Shown: piece by piece, positions 1-12,600 of the stretch
How the letters are laid out: the number at the start of each line of letters is the position of its first letter
How positions within the stretch are numbered: the first letter of the stretch is position 1
Program-made: the position numbers and the translations under genes
The notes under the pieces: generated by a model
Told to the model about the DNA's origin: nothing
The model's input: only the letters and a program-made list of their open reading frames with translations
The model's database searches: none
Assembly: GCA_036277235.1 (NCBI GenBank)
Contig: DASUNJ010000528.1
Span: 1-35,743, forward strand
Reading direction: 5' to 3'
Origin: Thermoanaerobaculia bacterium
Lineage (GTDB): Bacteria; Acidobacteriota; Thermoanaerobaculia; Multivoradales; UBA5704
Length of the DNA: 35,743 nucleotides

Positions 1-625
1 GCCGCGCCGCCGGCTCGCCGACCTTGGCAATCAGGTGGGCGCGCACGATCTCGAAGCTGTGGTTGAGACTCAGGTTGAGAGCCATCAGCTTGCCCCAGGC
101 CAGCGAATCGACGGGCGTCCACGGACGGGGCTCGATCCCGAGGATCGTGAGCTCGACCGGCAGCCGGCCGCGGTGGGCCGAGATGTAGGCGTTCACCCCG
201 TCGGCGTAGGCGGTGAGCAGGGCGCGGGTGGCAGGAGAGAGCGCCTGCCAGTCCCGCTCGGCGGCCTGCACGACGCCGAAGGTGCGCATGATCTTGTCGA
301 TTTCGAGGGCGCCTGCGCCGAAGACCGCGGAGAGCTCCCCGCGGCCGGCGTAGGCATTGAGCTGCATCTGCCAGAGCCGGTCCTGGGCGTGCACGTACCC
401 CTGGGCGAAGAAGAGGTCATGGGCGCTTTGCGCGTAGATGTGGGGGATGCCAGGCTCGACCCGCACGATCTCGACCGGCGCCTCGAGGCCGGGAACCGTG
501 AGGCGGCCTTCGACCTCAGGATAAGCGCGGCGCACGAGCCAGAAGAAGACCAGGCCGAGGATCACGATCAACCCCACCAGGACGACGGCAGTCCAGCGCA
601 GAAGCTTCCACAGGCGGGATTTCAT
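1..625 (-). CDS. Penicillin acylase / N-acyl-homoserine-lactone acylase family (Ntn hydrolase, PvdQ-like) protein. Only the N-terminal ~208 codons are present; the 3' end lies beyond the window start.
   Basis: Not in the ORF track because no stop codon falls in the window. My translation of the minus strand from the ATG at 625-623 gives MKSRLWKLLRWTAVVLVGLIVILGLVFFWLVRRAYPEVEGRLTVPGLEAPVEIVRVEPGIPHIYAQSAHDLFFAQGYVHAQDRLWQMQLNAYAGRGELSAVFG... It has an N-terminal hydrophobic signal/anchor followed by the GIPHIYA...DLFFAQGYVHAQDRLWQM block I recognise as typical of the penicillin-amidase (S45) family. The ATG overlaps the TGA of the upstream NRPS (ATGA at 622-625), which implies translational coupling. 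Confidence 0.8.
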   Translation of the reverse strand, partial: MKSRLWKLLRWTAVVLVGLIVILGLVFFWLVRRAYPEVEGRLTVPGLEAPVEIVRVEPGIPHIYAQSAHDLFFAQGYVHAQDRLWQMQLNAYAGRGELSAVFGAGALEIDKIMRTFGVVQAAERDWQALSPATRALLTAYADGVNAYISAHRGRLPVELTILGIEPRPWTPVDSLAWGKLMALNLSLNHSFEIVRAHLIAKVGEPAAR

Positions 626-3600
626 TTCGAACGAGTCTCCTTGGCGAGCTCCAGGGTCAAGGACCGGTCGATGCAGAGGCGCAGCCGTTCGGCCAGAGCC
701 TGTACGTGCGGCTCGGCGAGGGCGCTGACATGATCGCCCGGAACGGTCTCGATATCGACCGGCCAGGGCGAGAGCGCCCCCCAGCCGTGCGTGGGGTCGT
801 CGGCGGTGTCGGTCTCGGCGGGCAGGAAGAGGGTGATCTTCCCCGGGTAGAGACCCGGCCGGTAGCGCCGGAAGGCGCGCACGTTGGTCTTGAACACGGC
901 GAGGAGCCGGCGGAGCGACTCGGGGCCGGCTTTCGCGCCGAACGGGGTGTCCTTCAGCCCGGAGAGCAGGCGGAGCGCCTGTTCCTCGGACGAAAGCCCG
1001 CGGAGGTTCTCGGCGGTGAGGCCGAGATCGAGGTTCCAGAGACGTTCCAGGTAGTCGGCGATTTCCAACAGCCAGGGAGTGTCGTCGCCGCCCGTGCTCT
1101 CATTCTCCTCGTTCTGGTCCGCCGCCGGCCGGGGCCATGGTCCGGGGGTGGAGTCGACGATCGCCAGGAGCGCCACCTCGCGGTCCTCGGCGGCGAGCTG
1201 CCGCGCGACCTCGAAGGCCACCGCGCCGCCCAGCGACCAGCCGCCGATGTGGTAGGGACCGGCGCTGGCCGCGGTGATCTCGGCGCGGTAGCGCGCCGCC
1301 ATCTCCTCGATGCTGTTGAACGGCACCTCTCCGGGCCCGAGCCCGCGCGACTGGAGGCCGTAGAAAGGCTGGTCCGGCCCCAGGTGACGGGAGAGGGCCT
1401 GGAAGGCGAGGACGTCGCCGCCCGCCGGGTGGACGCAGAAAAACGGCGGGCGGGAGCCGGCCGGCTGGAGCGCCACCAGCGAAGCCGTGGCCGGAGGGGG
1501 CGACTCGCCCCGCGGGGCGCCGCGCGCACGCAGACGCTGCTCCAGCAGCGCCCGCTCCTCGGCCGAGAGCCCGGCGCGGCGCGCGGCCAGCCGGGCTCCG
1601 CGGTCAGCAGGTGCGGATGGTTTGTTCGAAGTGTCCACGGGCTGGGTCTCCACGAGCTTCGGCGGTCCGATCTCGGCCGGCAGCGCGGAGAGCCGGACCT
1701 CCGGATCCGCCGCCACCGCCTCGAGAAGCCGGGTGAGGTGCTGGAGCATCCGGCCTACCGTCGCTCCCTCGAACAGCTCGGTGCTGTATTCCGCTTGCAG
1801 GGTGAGGCCTTGCGGCACGTCGACGATCCCGAGGGTGAAATCGAACTGCGAGGTGGCGGAGTGCACCTCGACCGGTTCGACGGCGAGACCGGCAAAGCGG
1901 AGCGGCTCACCGGAAAGGTTCTGGACCGAGAGCATGACCTGGACCAGCGGGGTGCGGCTCTTGTCCCGCGCCAGACCGAGATCCTCCACCAGACGCTCGA
2001 AGGGGAGGTCCTGGTGGGCGTAGGCGCCGAGGGCGGAGTCGCGAGCCCGCTGCAGAAGCTCCCGGAAGGTGGGATCGCCGGAGAGATCGAGCCGGAAGGG
2101 CAGGACGCCGACGAAGAAGCCGAAGATCCCCTCGGTCCCCGGAACGTGCCGGTTGGCGGCCGGCGAGCCGAGGACCAGGTCCGTCCGGCCCGTGTAGCGG
2201 CCGAGGAGGGCGGCGAAGGCGGCGAGGGCGGTCATGAAGAGCGTGCTCCCCTCGCGCCGTCCCAGCTCCTTGGTCTGCGCCGCGACCTCCGGCGGCAGCG
2301 GCAGGTAGCGGGCGGCTCCCCGGAAGGTCGGGCGCAGGGGGCGCGGCCGATCGGCGGGGAGGTCGAGCACCGGCGGTGCTCCGGCGAGCTGGCGGCGCCA
2401 GTAGTCGAGCTGCGGTGCGAGCCGCTCGTCGGTGAGCTCGCGGCGCTGCCAGACGGCGAAGTCCGCGTACTGGAGCTCCGGCTCCGGGAGAGCCGAAGGA
2501 AGGGCGTGGGTGAACGCAGGGTAGAGGACGCTCAGCTCGCGTTCGAGAAGGTCGACCGACCAGCCGTCGACGATGATGTGGTGGAAGGTGAGGAGCAGCC
2601 GGTGCTCCTCCTTCTCCAGGCGGAGCAGGCGAGCCCGCCAGAGCGGCCCCGCCGCGAGGTCGAAAGGCTCCCGCGCCTCCGCCTCCGTCGCGCGCCGGGC
2701 CTCGTCCTCGCGGCGCGCCGGCGGCAGGGCGCTCAGGTCGGCCAGGGGGAGCGCGAGGTCCGAGGGCTGCGCGATCCGCTGCCGGAGCCCCTCCGGGCCG
2801 TTGAAGAAGGTGGTGCGCAGAGAGGCGTGGCGGCGCGCGATCTCGGAAAGCGACCGGGCGAGCGCTGCCGGCCGCAGCGGGCCGCGCAGCCGGAGGGGGT
2901 TCGGGACGTTGAGGACCGAGCCGCTGCGGTCGAGCTGGTGGAAGTACCAGAGCCGCTCCTGGGCGGCGGCGGCCGGGGCGTCGGCCCCCGTTCCTTCCGG
3001 CCTGGCAGGTTCGACGGGGGGGAGCGGCTGGGCTCCAGGAACCCGCAGCATGCGCTCGATCTCCGCTGCCAGCGTGGCCACGGTCGGATTGGCGAAGATA
3101 ACGCGCAGCGGGAAGTCGACTCCGGTCACGGCCCGCAGGCGGGCCAGCACGCGGATGGCGAGCAGGGAATACCCGCCGAGGGTGAAGAAGTGGTCGTGCA
3201 GGCCGATCGTGCTGCGGCCCAGAGCCTCGGCCCACAGCCCGGCTACCAGCTCCTCGAGCGGGGAGCGCGGCGGCTCCGCGGCTGTCTGAGAGGGGGCGGC
3301 GGCCGGTGGGGGGAGGGCACGGTGGTCCAGCTTTCCGTTCGGGGTCAGCGGGAGGGCGGGGAGCACGACGATGGCCGCGGGGACCATGAAGTCCGGCAGC
3401 TTCTCCCCAAGCCAGGAGAGCAGGGCCCCGGTCTCCAACCCCTCCGCGGCGAGCACCACCCAGGCGACCAGGCGGACGTCCCCTGGACCGTAGGCGTGCG
3501 TGGCGACGACTGCCTGCTCGACCGCGGGGTGCGAGGCCAGGGCGGTCTCGACCTCGCCCAGCTCGATGCGGAACCCGCGCAGCTTGATCTGTGCATCGCT

Positions 3601-6600
3601 GCGGCCGAGGTACTCGGTCTCGCCGTCCCGCCGGCAGCGCGCCAGGTCGCCGGTCCGGTACAGCCGGCCGCCCGGCTCGGCCGTGAAGGGATCGGGGACG
3701 AATCGCTCCGCCGTGAGGCCGGGGCGCCGGTGATAGCCCCGGGCGAGACCGCGGCCGGTGACGTACAGCTCCCCTGCGACTCCCAGGGGCACCGGCTCCC
3801 CATGCCCGTCCAGGATGTAGACCCGTGTGTTGTCGATCGGCCTGCCAAGGGCGGGGAGAGCCTCGCCCTGCCGCTCCGCCGGCGGCACCTCCGCTACGGT
3901 GGTCACCACGCTGTACTCCGAGGGGCCGTAGTGATTCATCAAGCGGAACGGCGCGCCGGCCGCGGGCCGCCGGTGCAGCCGGTCGCCACCGGTGATCAAA
4001 GCCCTGACGCGGAGATCGAGGCCGGGTGGGAGCGTCTCTACCAGGACCTCCTCGGCCAGGGGTGTCATCAGGAAGGTGAGGGTGATCCCCTGTTCGGCCC
4101 ACCAACGGACCGTCCGGACAGGAGAGAGCCGAGTCTCCTCGTCGGGGATGTGCAGGCTCGCTCCGGCCGCCAGGTAGGGCCAGAGCTCCCACACGGAAGC
4201 ATCGAACGCCGGGCTGGCGACCAGGGTGGCTCGATCCTCGGGGACCACTCCATAGAGGCTCTGGTGCCAGCGCACCAGGTTCATCAGGCCGGCGTGCGGG
4301 ATCTCGACGGCCTTGGGCAGTCCGGTCGAACCGGAGGTGTAGATCATGTAGGCCAGGTTGCCGGGGAGCAGCGCCGGGACCGTCAAGTCCCCGGTCGCTG
4401 CTTCAAGATTCCCCTCGTCCTCGTGCGGGAACAGGCAATGGATCCCCCGCTGTGCGGCATGATCGGCCGCGGGTCCGCGGTGCGCGAGGAGCACCGTCAC
4501 TTGCGCATCCTCCAACTGGTACGCCAGCCGCTCCGCGGGATGAGCGGGATCGAGGGGCACGAAGGCGCCGCCGGCCTTGAGCGCGGCGAGGGCTGCAATG
4601 GCGAGCTCCGGGGAGCGCTGGAGACAGATGCCAACCCGGACCTCCGGTCCGCAGCCCAGGGCGCGCAGGGCATGGGCGAGCCGGACCGCCCGCCGGTCGA
4701 GCTCGCTGTAGCTCAGCCTCCGCCCGCCGGCGGCCACCGCCAGCGCCTCCGGTGCCCGCCGGGCGTGCTCCGACACGAGCTCGTGGACGAACAGCCCGGA
4801 CGCGGGCCATGCACGGCGGTCGTTCCACTCCCGTACCAACTGGTGCCGTTCCGCCGCGGAGAACAGGTCGATCTCCGGCAGGGGGACGTCCGGGCGGGCG
4901 GCCACCGAGGTGAGCAGGTGGGTGAAGTGAGCGGCCCAACGCTCCACCGTGGAGCGATCGAACAGGTCGGTGCGGAATTCGAAATCGGCGACCAGCGTGT
5001 CGCCCCGGAGATCGAGCCCGAGCGTCAGATCGAATTTGGCCGTATGGTTCTCGACCGGCAGGGGGGTGTACGACAGCCCCGGTGCCAGCTCGCGGGCGGT
5101 CTCATCCACGCCGAGGACGAAGGAGACCTGGAAAAGCGGGCTGCGGGCCAGGCTGCGCTCCGGCTGCAGCTCCTCGACCAGGCGCTCGAAAGGCACGTCC
5201 TGGTGCGCGTAGGCGGCGAGCGCGGTCTCTCTCACGCGGGAGATCAGGGCGCTGAAGGCTGGGGCGCCGGCGAGGTCCACGCGCAGGACCAGGGTGTTGA
5301 CGAAGAAGCCGGCGAGCCCTTCGCTCTCGGCGCGTCCGCGGCCGGCGACCGGCGAGCCGAGCAGGAGGTCCTTCTCGCCCGTGATCCGCTCCAGCAGGGC
5401 CGCGAACCCCGAGAGCAGGACCATGAACAGCGTCGCCCCCTGGTGCTGGGAGAGGGCGCGGACCCCGGCCGTCACGGCCGCCGGCAGCGAGGTCAGGAAA
5501 TGGGCGCCGCGCGAGGTCTCGACCGGCGGGCGCGGCCGGTCGGTCGGCAGGTCGAGGGCCTCGGGAGCGCCGGCGAGCTGCTGGCGCCAGTATGCGAGCT
5601 GCTCTTCCAAGACGGGACCGTCGAGCCAGCGCCGCTGCCAGGCGGCGAAGTCGGCGTACTGGGTCGCCGGCTCCTGCAGAGGCGACGGCAGGCCGGCCGC
5701 GAAGGCCTGGTAGAGGGCGGACAGCTCGCCCAGGAGGAGGTTGATCGACCAGCCGTCCCCGGCGACGTGGTGCACCGTCATCAGAAGGTGGTGCGCCTCG
5801 GCTCCGAGGGTCAGCAGCCGGGCGCGGAAGAGCGGACCCGTCGCGAGGTCGAACGGGCTCGCGGCGTCCTCGTCGGCCAGCCTGCCGGCCTCCGCCTCTC
5901 CGGCTTGCGGAGGGAGGGTGGAGAGGTCGATCCGGGGGAGGAAGAAGCCGCCCGGCGGCGCGACGGTCAACCGCGGCTCTCCGCTCTCCGCATCCACCGC
6001 GAAGGTGGTGCGCAGGACCTCGTGCCGGCGCTCCACCTCGCCCAGGGCGCGCTCCAGGAAGGCCGCGGCAAGGGGGCCGCGGATCAAGCGGGGGAACGGC
6101 AGGTTGTAGACCGGCGAGCCGGGTTCGAGGCGGTCGAGGAGCCAGAGCCGCTGCTGGGCGAAGGAGAGGGGACGGTTCTCCCGGTCCGCCAGGGGCTCGA
6201 TCGGGGCCGGCGGAAGGGCCTCCGCAGGCAGGTGCCCCAGGGCCGAAAGGGCCGCCGCCAGGGCCGAGACGGTCGGCGCGGCGAAGAGCGTGCGCAGAGG
6301 CACCTCGATGCCGAGCGCCACCCGTATCCTCGACACCACCCGAGTAGCGAGAAGGGAGTGGCCGCCCAGCTCGAAGAAGTTGTCGTGCGGGCCGGGCAGC
6401 TCGTCGCGCCTCAGTACCTCGGCCCAGATGCCGGCGAGGAGCTCCACGAAAGGCGCGGCGGCGCCCAGGGGTATCGCCGACGTGGCCGATGCGGGGGGCT
6501 CCGCCGGTCCGCTTTCGGGGACGGGCAGGGCCTTGCGGTCCACCTTCCCGTTGGGCGTCAGCGGCATTGCGTCGAGCAGGGTGAAGGAGGACGGCACCAT

Positions 6601-9600
6601 GAACTCGGCGAGCCGGACGCGCAGGTGCTCGCACAGCTCGCCGGGCGTCGGGGCCGGCTGGCCGGCGGGCACGACGTAGGCCGCGAGAAAGCGGTCGCCG
6701 CCCGGCTCGCCGCGCGCCACCACCACCGCCTCGCGCACTTGCGGGTGCGCCTCCAGGGCGGTCTCGATTTCCCCCAGCTCGATCCGGAAGCCGCGCACCT
6801 TCACCTGATTGTCGAGCCGGCCCATGTACTCGATCCGGCCGTCGGGGAGAAGGCGCCCGAGGTCGCCGGTGCGATACAGGCGGGCTCCCGGCTCCAGGGG
6901 GTCCGGCACGAAGCGCTCGGCCGTCAGCTCGGGCCGGCCGAGATAACCCCGCGCCAGGCCGGCGCCGCCCAGGTAGATCTCCCCCGGCACCCCGACGGGC
7001 ACCAGCTCCAGGTGCCGGTCGAGCAGGCGAGCCCAGGTGCCGGCGATCGGCCGCCCGATCGTCGGCTCGCGCCGGCTCCCGCGCTCCACGGTCTCGAAGG
7101 TCGAGTAGGTGGTGTCCTCCGAAGGGCCGTACAGGTTCCGCACCCGTTCGGCGCCGATCGCATAGAGGGCCTGGGCCAGGGAGCCCTTGAGCGGCTCGCC
7201 CGCCAGGTTCACCGTCCGCACCCTGTCCGGGAGCGTCTGCACCAGCTCCAGCAGGGCGGAGACCGCCGAGGGCACGGAGTTGATCAGGGTGACCTCCCCG
7301 GCCGCGGGCAGCTCCGGCAGCTCCAGGACGTTGCCGGCGAGGACCACCTGCCCCCCGCACGCCAGGGGCACGAACAGCTCGAAGACCGAGAGGTCGAAGG
7401 AGATCGAGGTCGAGGCCAGGACCGCCGCCAGCTCCGCCGGGGTGAACACCTCGTGCGCCCAATGGATGAAGGCCACGGCGCTGCGGTGCTCGATCGCCAC
7501 CGCCTTGGGACGGCCGGTCGAGCCCGAGGTGTAGATCAGATAGGCGAGGTTGCCGGGGAGGGCCAGGATGGGCTCAGCTTCCTCCTCCATCCTGTCCGGC
7601 TCGCCGTCGAGCACCAGCACCCGCGCCCGTGAGGTTGGCAGGCGCGAAGCGAGGGCCGTCTCGGTGATCAGGACGGCGGCGTCGGCGTCCTCCAGCATGA
7701 ATCCCAGCCGCTCGCGCGGGTAGTTGGGGTCGAGCGGCACATAGGCGCCGCCGGATTTGAGGATGCCCAGGAGGGAGACCACGAGAGACGGCGACCGTGA
7801 CAGGCAGACTCCGACCCGGACCTCCGGCCCGACCCCGAGCGCGGCCAGTCTCCGGGCCAGCTCGCCGGCGCGCAGGTCCAGATCCCGGTAGGTGAGCCGC
7901 TCGCGGCCGGCGACCAGGGCGGTCGCCTCGGGCGTGCGCGCGGCCTGGGCGGCCACGAGGTCGTGCATGCACGCTGCTATTGGAGCCAGCGGAGCCGGCG
8001 GACCCGGCTCGTGCCACTCTCCGCGGATCTGCCAGCTCTCCCCGGCCCCCAGAAGCGGCAGTCGGGACACCGGCCTCCCGGTTCCCTCCGCCACCAGGCT
8101 GGACAGCAGGGCGAGGAAGGAGCGCCCGAGCCGTGCCACCGTGGGCGCGTCGAAAAGGTCGGTCGAGTACTCCAGGAGAGCGGTCAGGCTCTCCCCCTGG
8201 CCATTGACGAAGAGCGAGAGGTCGAACTTGGACGTTCCGGTGTCGATGCGCAGCAGGTCGCAGTTCAGGCCCTGGGCGAGCTCGCCGTCTTGCAGGGGAT
8301 CGAGCGAGAACATCACCTGGAAGAGCGGGCTTCGCGACAGGTCGCGCGCCGGCTGCAGCTCCTCGACCAGGCGCTCGAAGGGAAGCTCCTGATGGGCGTA
8401 GGCCGCGAGCGCCGACTCGCGCACCTGGGCCGCGAGGGCGCGGAAGGGCGGGTCGCCCGCCAGGTCGGCGCGCAAAGCGAGGGTGTTGACGAAGAAGCCG
8501 AGCAGGCCTTCGCTTCCCGCCTCCCTGCGGTTGGCGACCGGCGAGCCCACCACCAGGTCCGTCTGGCCGCTGAAGCGGCCGAGGAGCGCGTAGAAGGCCG
8601 CCAGGGTGGTCATGAACAGGGTCGAGCCTTCGCTCCGGGCGAGGCTGCGCAGCCCGGCGGCGAGCTCGGCCGGGAAGGCGAGCGGAAGCACGGCGCCGCG
8701 GAAGCTCTGCACCGGCGGCCGCAGCCGGTCGGCCGGCAGCTCGAGGGCGGCGGGCGCTCCGGCCAGGCGCTGCCGCCAGTAGGCGAGCTGCGCCGCCATG
8801 AATTCCTCGGACAGCCGGTACCGCTGCCAGACGGCAAGGTCGGCGTACTGGACCGCCAGCTCGGGGAGAGGCGACGGCCGCCCGGCGCGGAAGGCGCCAT
8901 AGAGCGCGCCCAGCTCGCGCCGCAGGACGCTGACCGACCAGCCGTCGAAGGCGGCGTGGTGGCAGGAGAAGACCAGCAGGTGCTCCTGCTCGTCCAGCTG
9001 CAGGAGGGCGGCCCGCGCCACGGGGCCGCGGACGAGGTCGAACGGGCGTCGCGCCTCCCGCGCGATCTGCCGGTCCGCCTCGGCTGCGGCGGTCGCGGAG
9101 GGCAGGCCGGAGAGGTCGACCCGGGGCAGCCCGGGGGCGTGAAACGGCGCCACGACCTGGAGCGGCTCATCATCCTGCCCCTCGGCGAAAGTGGTGCGCA
9201 GGACCTCGTGCCTCCGGAAGACCTCGTCCAGGCTGCGCTCGAGGAGCCCCAGGTCGAGCGGGCCGGTGAGGCGGAACGCCAGGGGCAGGTTGTAGACCGG
9301 CGAGACCGGATCCAGGCGGTGGAGGAACCAGAGCCGTTCCTGGCCGAAGGAGAGGGGCAGCGCCCGGTCCCGCGGGACCGGCACCAGCGGAGCCGGCTCG
9401 GGGCCGCCGGCCACGGCGAGCCGCGCTTCCTTGATGCGCCGCGCCAGCGCAGACAGGATGCGGGTCTCGAAGGCGGCCCGCACCGGGAGATCCACCCCGA
9501 AGGCGGAGCGCACCCGCGCCAGCACCTGGCCGACGAGCAGCGAGTGCCCGCCGAGATCGAAGAAATCGTCGCCGGTGCCGATCTCCGTCCGGCCGAGGAC

Positions 9601-12600
9601 CTCACCCCAGATCCCAGCCAGCAGCTCCTCGGCCGGGGTGCTGGGGACCGCGGAGTCCACCGGGCCGGTCGCCGCCGCCGGCTCCTCCGCGGTGGGCGGA
9701 GGGAGGGCGCGCCGGTCGACCTTGCCGCCCGGGGTCAGCGGCAGGGCCGGCAGGAAAGTGAAGAAGGAGGGGACCATGTGCTCGGGGAGCCGCGCGCGCA
9801 GGAAGGCGCGGAGCTCCTGGACCGAGGGTGCGGCCGGTCCAGCCACGTAGGCGGCGAGCCGGAGGTCCTGGGGCGTGGCCTCGTAAGGCACGACGACGGC
9901 CTCGCGCACGCCCGGATGGTCGAGGATCTGCGCCTCGACCTCCCCCGGCTCGATGCGGAAGCCGCGCACCTTGACCTGCCGGTCGGCGCGGCCGAGGAAT
10001 TCGAGCTGGCCGTCGGGCCGGAAGCGGGCGAGGTCCCCGGTGCGATAGAGGCGCTGGCCGGCAACTTCGCCCGTGGAGCCCGTGGGATCGGGGACGAAGG
10101 CGGCGGCCGTGAGGTCGGGCCTGCCGAGGTAGCCGCGGGCGAGCCCCCTGCCGCCGATGTGGAGCTCCCCGGGGACCCCCTGGGGGACGACCTCGCCGTG
10201 CGGTCCGAGCACCAGGAGACGGCTGTCGGCGACCGGCCGTCCTATCGGGGTCTGGCCGTCCTCGCCGAGCCGCGCCATGGAAACGCAGATGCTCGCCTCG
10301 GTCGGCCCGTAGGCGTTCCACAGCCGGCGCCCGGCGGCCCAGCGGGTCACCAGGGCGGGGGGGAAGGCCTCTCCTCCCACCACAAGTCCGCGCAGGCCGG
10401 AGAGCTCCTGGCTCGCCTCCTCCGGCATCGCCGCGAGCGCGCTCGGCGTGAGGAAGACGTTGGTGATGCCGCGCCGGAGCAGGGTGGTGAGCAGGGCCTG
10501 CCCGGGGAGGAGGTCCTCGGCGCGGGCGAAGACGAGGGTCGCGCCGCGGACCAGCGTGCTCCAGATTTCCCACACCGAGGCGTCGAAGCTCGCGGAGGCG
10601 AACTGCAGCACGCGGCTCCCCGGTTCCACCCCCGAGCGCTCGGCGAGCGCCTCGACCGCCCAGAGGAATCCGCGGTGCTGGATGAGCACCCCCTTGGGGC
10701 GGCCGGTCGAGCCCGAGGTGTAGATGACGTAGGCGAGATCCTCGGGAGCTGCTTCCTCCAGAGGCTCTTCCAGAGGAAACGGGAACGCCACGATCTTCGC
10801 TTCGAGCGGCACGAGCTCGGCCTCTCCCGTCGGCAGGGTGGCGGCGAGGGCGGTCCGCGCGAGGAGCACCGGAACGCGGGCGTCCTCCAGGGTCCGGGCG
10901 AGCCGCTCGGCGGGATGGGCCGGATCGAGCGGCAGGAACGCTCCGCCGGCCATGAGCACGGCGAGCATGCCGACCAGCGTCTCCGGCGAGCGCTCGGCAT
11001 AGACGCCGACCCGCACGTCGAGCCCCACGCCGCGGGAGCGCAGGTGGCGGGCGAGCCGCCGCGCCCGCTGCACCAGCTCGCGGTAGGTCAGCCCGCGCGC
11101 TCCGGGATCGGCCGGCAGCACCGCCATCGCTTCGGGAGTCGCGTCCGCCCAAGCCGCGATGCGCGCCGGCACCGAGCCGTCCCAGGCCGGCGGGCTGGGG
11201 GAGCGGCTCCATTCGACGAGGAGCGCGTGGCTCTCCGCCGCGCCGACCAGGGCGAGGTCCGAGAGCGGCGCCTCCGGCCGCGCCAGGGCGTCGGCGAGGA
11301 GCGCCAGCCAGCCCCGCGCCATCCGGCCGGCGGTCGCCGAGGTGAAGAGGTCGGCGCTGGCGACCAGCCGTCCGGCGATCTCCTCCCCCTTCTCCTCCAG
11401 GTCGAGGAGGAGATCGAACTGCGCCGCGCCGTGATCTTCCTCACTCCAGGCCAGGGTCAGCCCGGGCGCCAGCTCCCGCGGACCGGCGTTGCCGCGATAG
11501 GCGAAGAAGGCCTGGAAGAGCGGGTCCGCGCTGGAGGCCCGTTGGGGCCGCAGCACCTCGGCCAGGGTTTCGAGCGGCAGGTCCTGGTGAGCGAAGACGC
11601 CGAGCGCCCGGCCACGCACGGTGGCGAGCAGGTCGCCGAAAGCGGGATCGCCGGGGCGCTCGACCCGCAGCGGGAGGGTGTTGGCGAAATAGCCGATCAT
11701 CCCCTCCAGCTCGGGCCGGCCGCGATGGGCGAACACCGTGCCGACGACGAGGTCGTCCTGCCCCGTGATCCGGCGGAGCAGCGCCACCCAGGCGGCGAGG
11801 AGGACCATGTACCTCGTCGCACCACGCCGCCGGGCAAACTCGCGCACTTCGCGGGAGATGGCGGGAGGGATATCCAGCGTCCGGCTCACCCCGCGCCAGC
11901 TCCGCGCCGCCGGCCGCGCCTGGCCGGCCGGCAGGTCCGCTGGCAGGTAAAGCCCCCTCGGAGTCCCCTCGAGATGCTCCCGGAAGAAGGCGGCGTGGGG
12001 AGCCAGAACCTCCGCGCTCAGCTCTTCGCGCTCCCAGGCGGCAACGTCCGCCGGCTGCACCGCAGGCGGCGGGAGCGGCGACGGCCTCCCCTGGAGGAAG
12101 GCGGGGTAGAGCGCCTCCAGCTCGCGCTCGAACACCAGGATCGAGGAGCCGTCGGCGATGACGTGGTGGAGGGTGAGGAGCAGGTCGTGCCCGGTTTCCT
12201 CCGCGCGGAGCAGGCTGAGACGCCAGAGCGCGCCCCGATCGGGATCGAGCGGCTGGCGGGCCTCCGCCCGCGCCAGCCGCTCGCGCTCAGCCGACCGCCG
12301 CAGGAGAGGGAGCCCGGAGAGGTCGACGAGCGGCAACCGTACGGGCGACGGGTGGGCGACGAGCTGGAGCGGCTCACCGTCCGGGCCGGGCTCGATCGTG
12401 GTCCGCAGGGCCTGGTGGCGGGCGGCGATCTCCGTCAGGCAGCGTTCGAGGACGGCGGGCGCCAGGGGACCCTCCAGCCGCATCACCACCGGAATGTTGT
12501 TCACCGGCACCCCTGGGACGAGCCGTTCGACGAACCAGAGCTGCCGCTGCGCCGAGGAGAGCGGCTCGCCCCCGGGATCCCGCGGCCGCGGTTGGATCGG

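Noticed and set aside
35-733. 232-aa plus-strand ORF at the left edge.
   Set aside because: It is antisense to a minus-strand frame with clear penicillin-acylase family motifs and a coupled ATGA start. Its own translation is low-complexity.
706-7632. Very long plus-strand ORFs antisense to the synthetase genes: 706..7632, 7963..14724, 14459..17965, 17999..20698, 20475..22604, 23753..25540, 26483..28357, 28490..29713, 30053..31942, 32516..33790, plus all the shorter ones nested in them.
   Set aside because: They are Arg/Gly/Pro/Glu-rich translations with no recognisable motifs. They lie exactly opposite ORFs with unmistakable NRPS/PKS core motifs. Open antisense frames are expected at this GC content.
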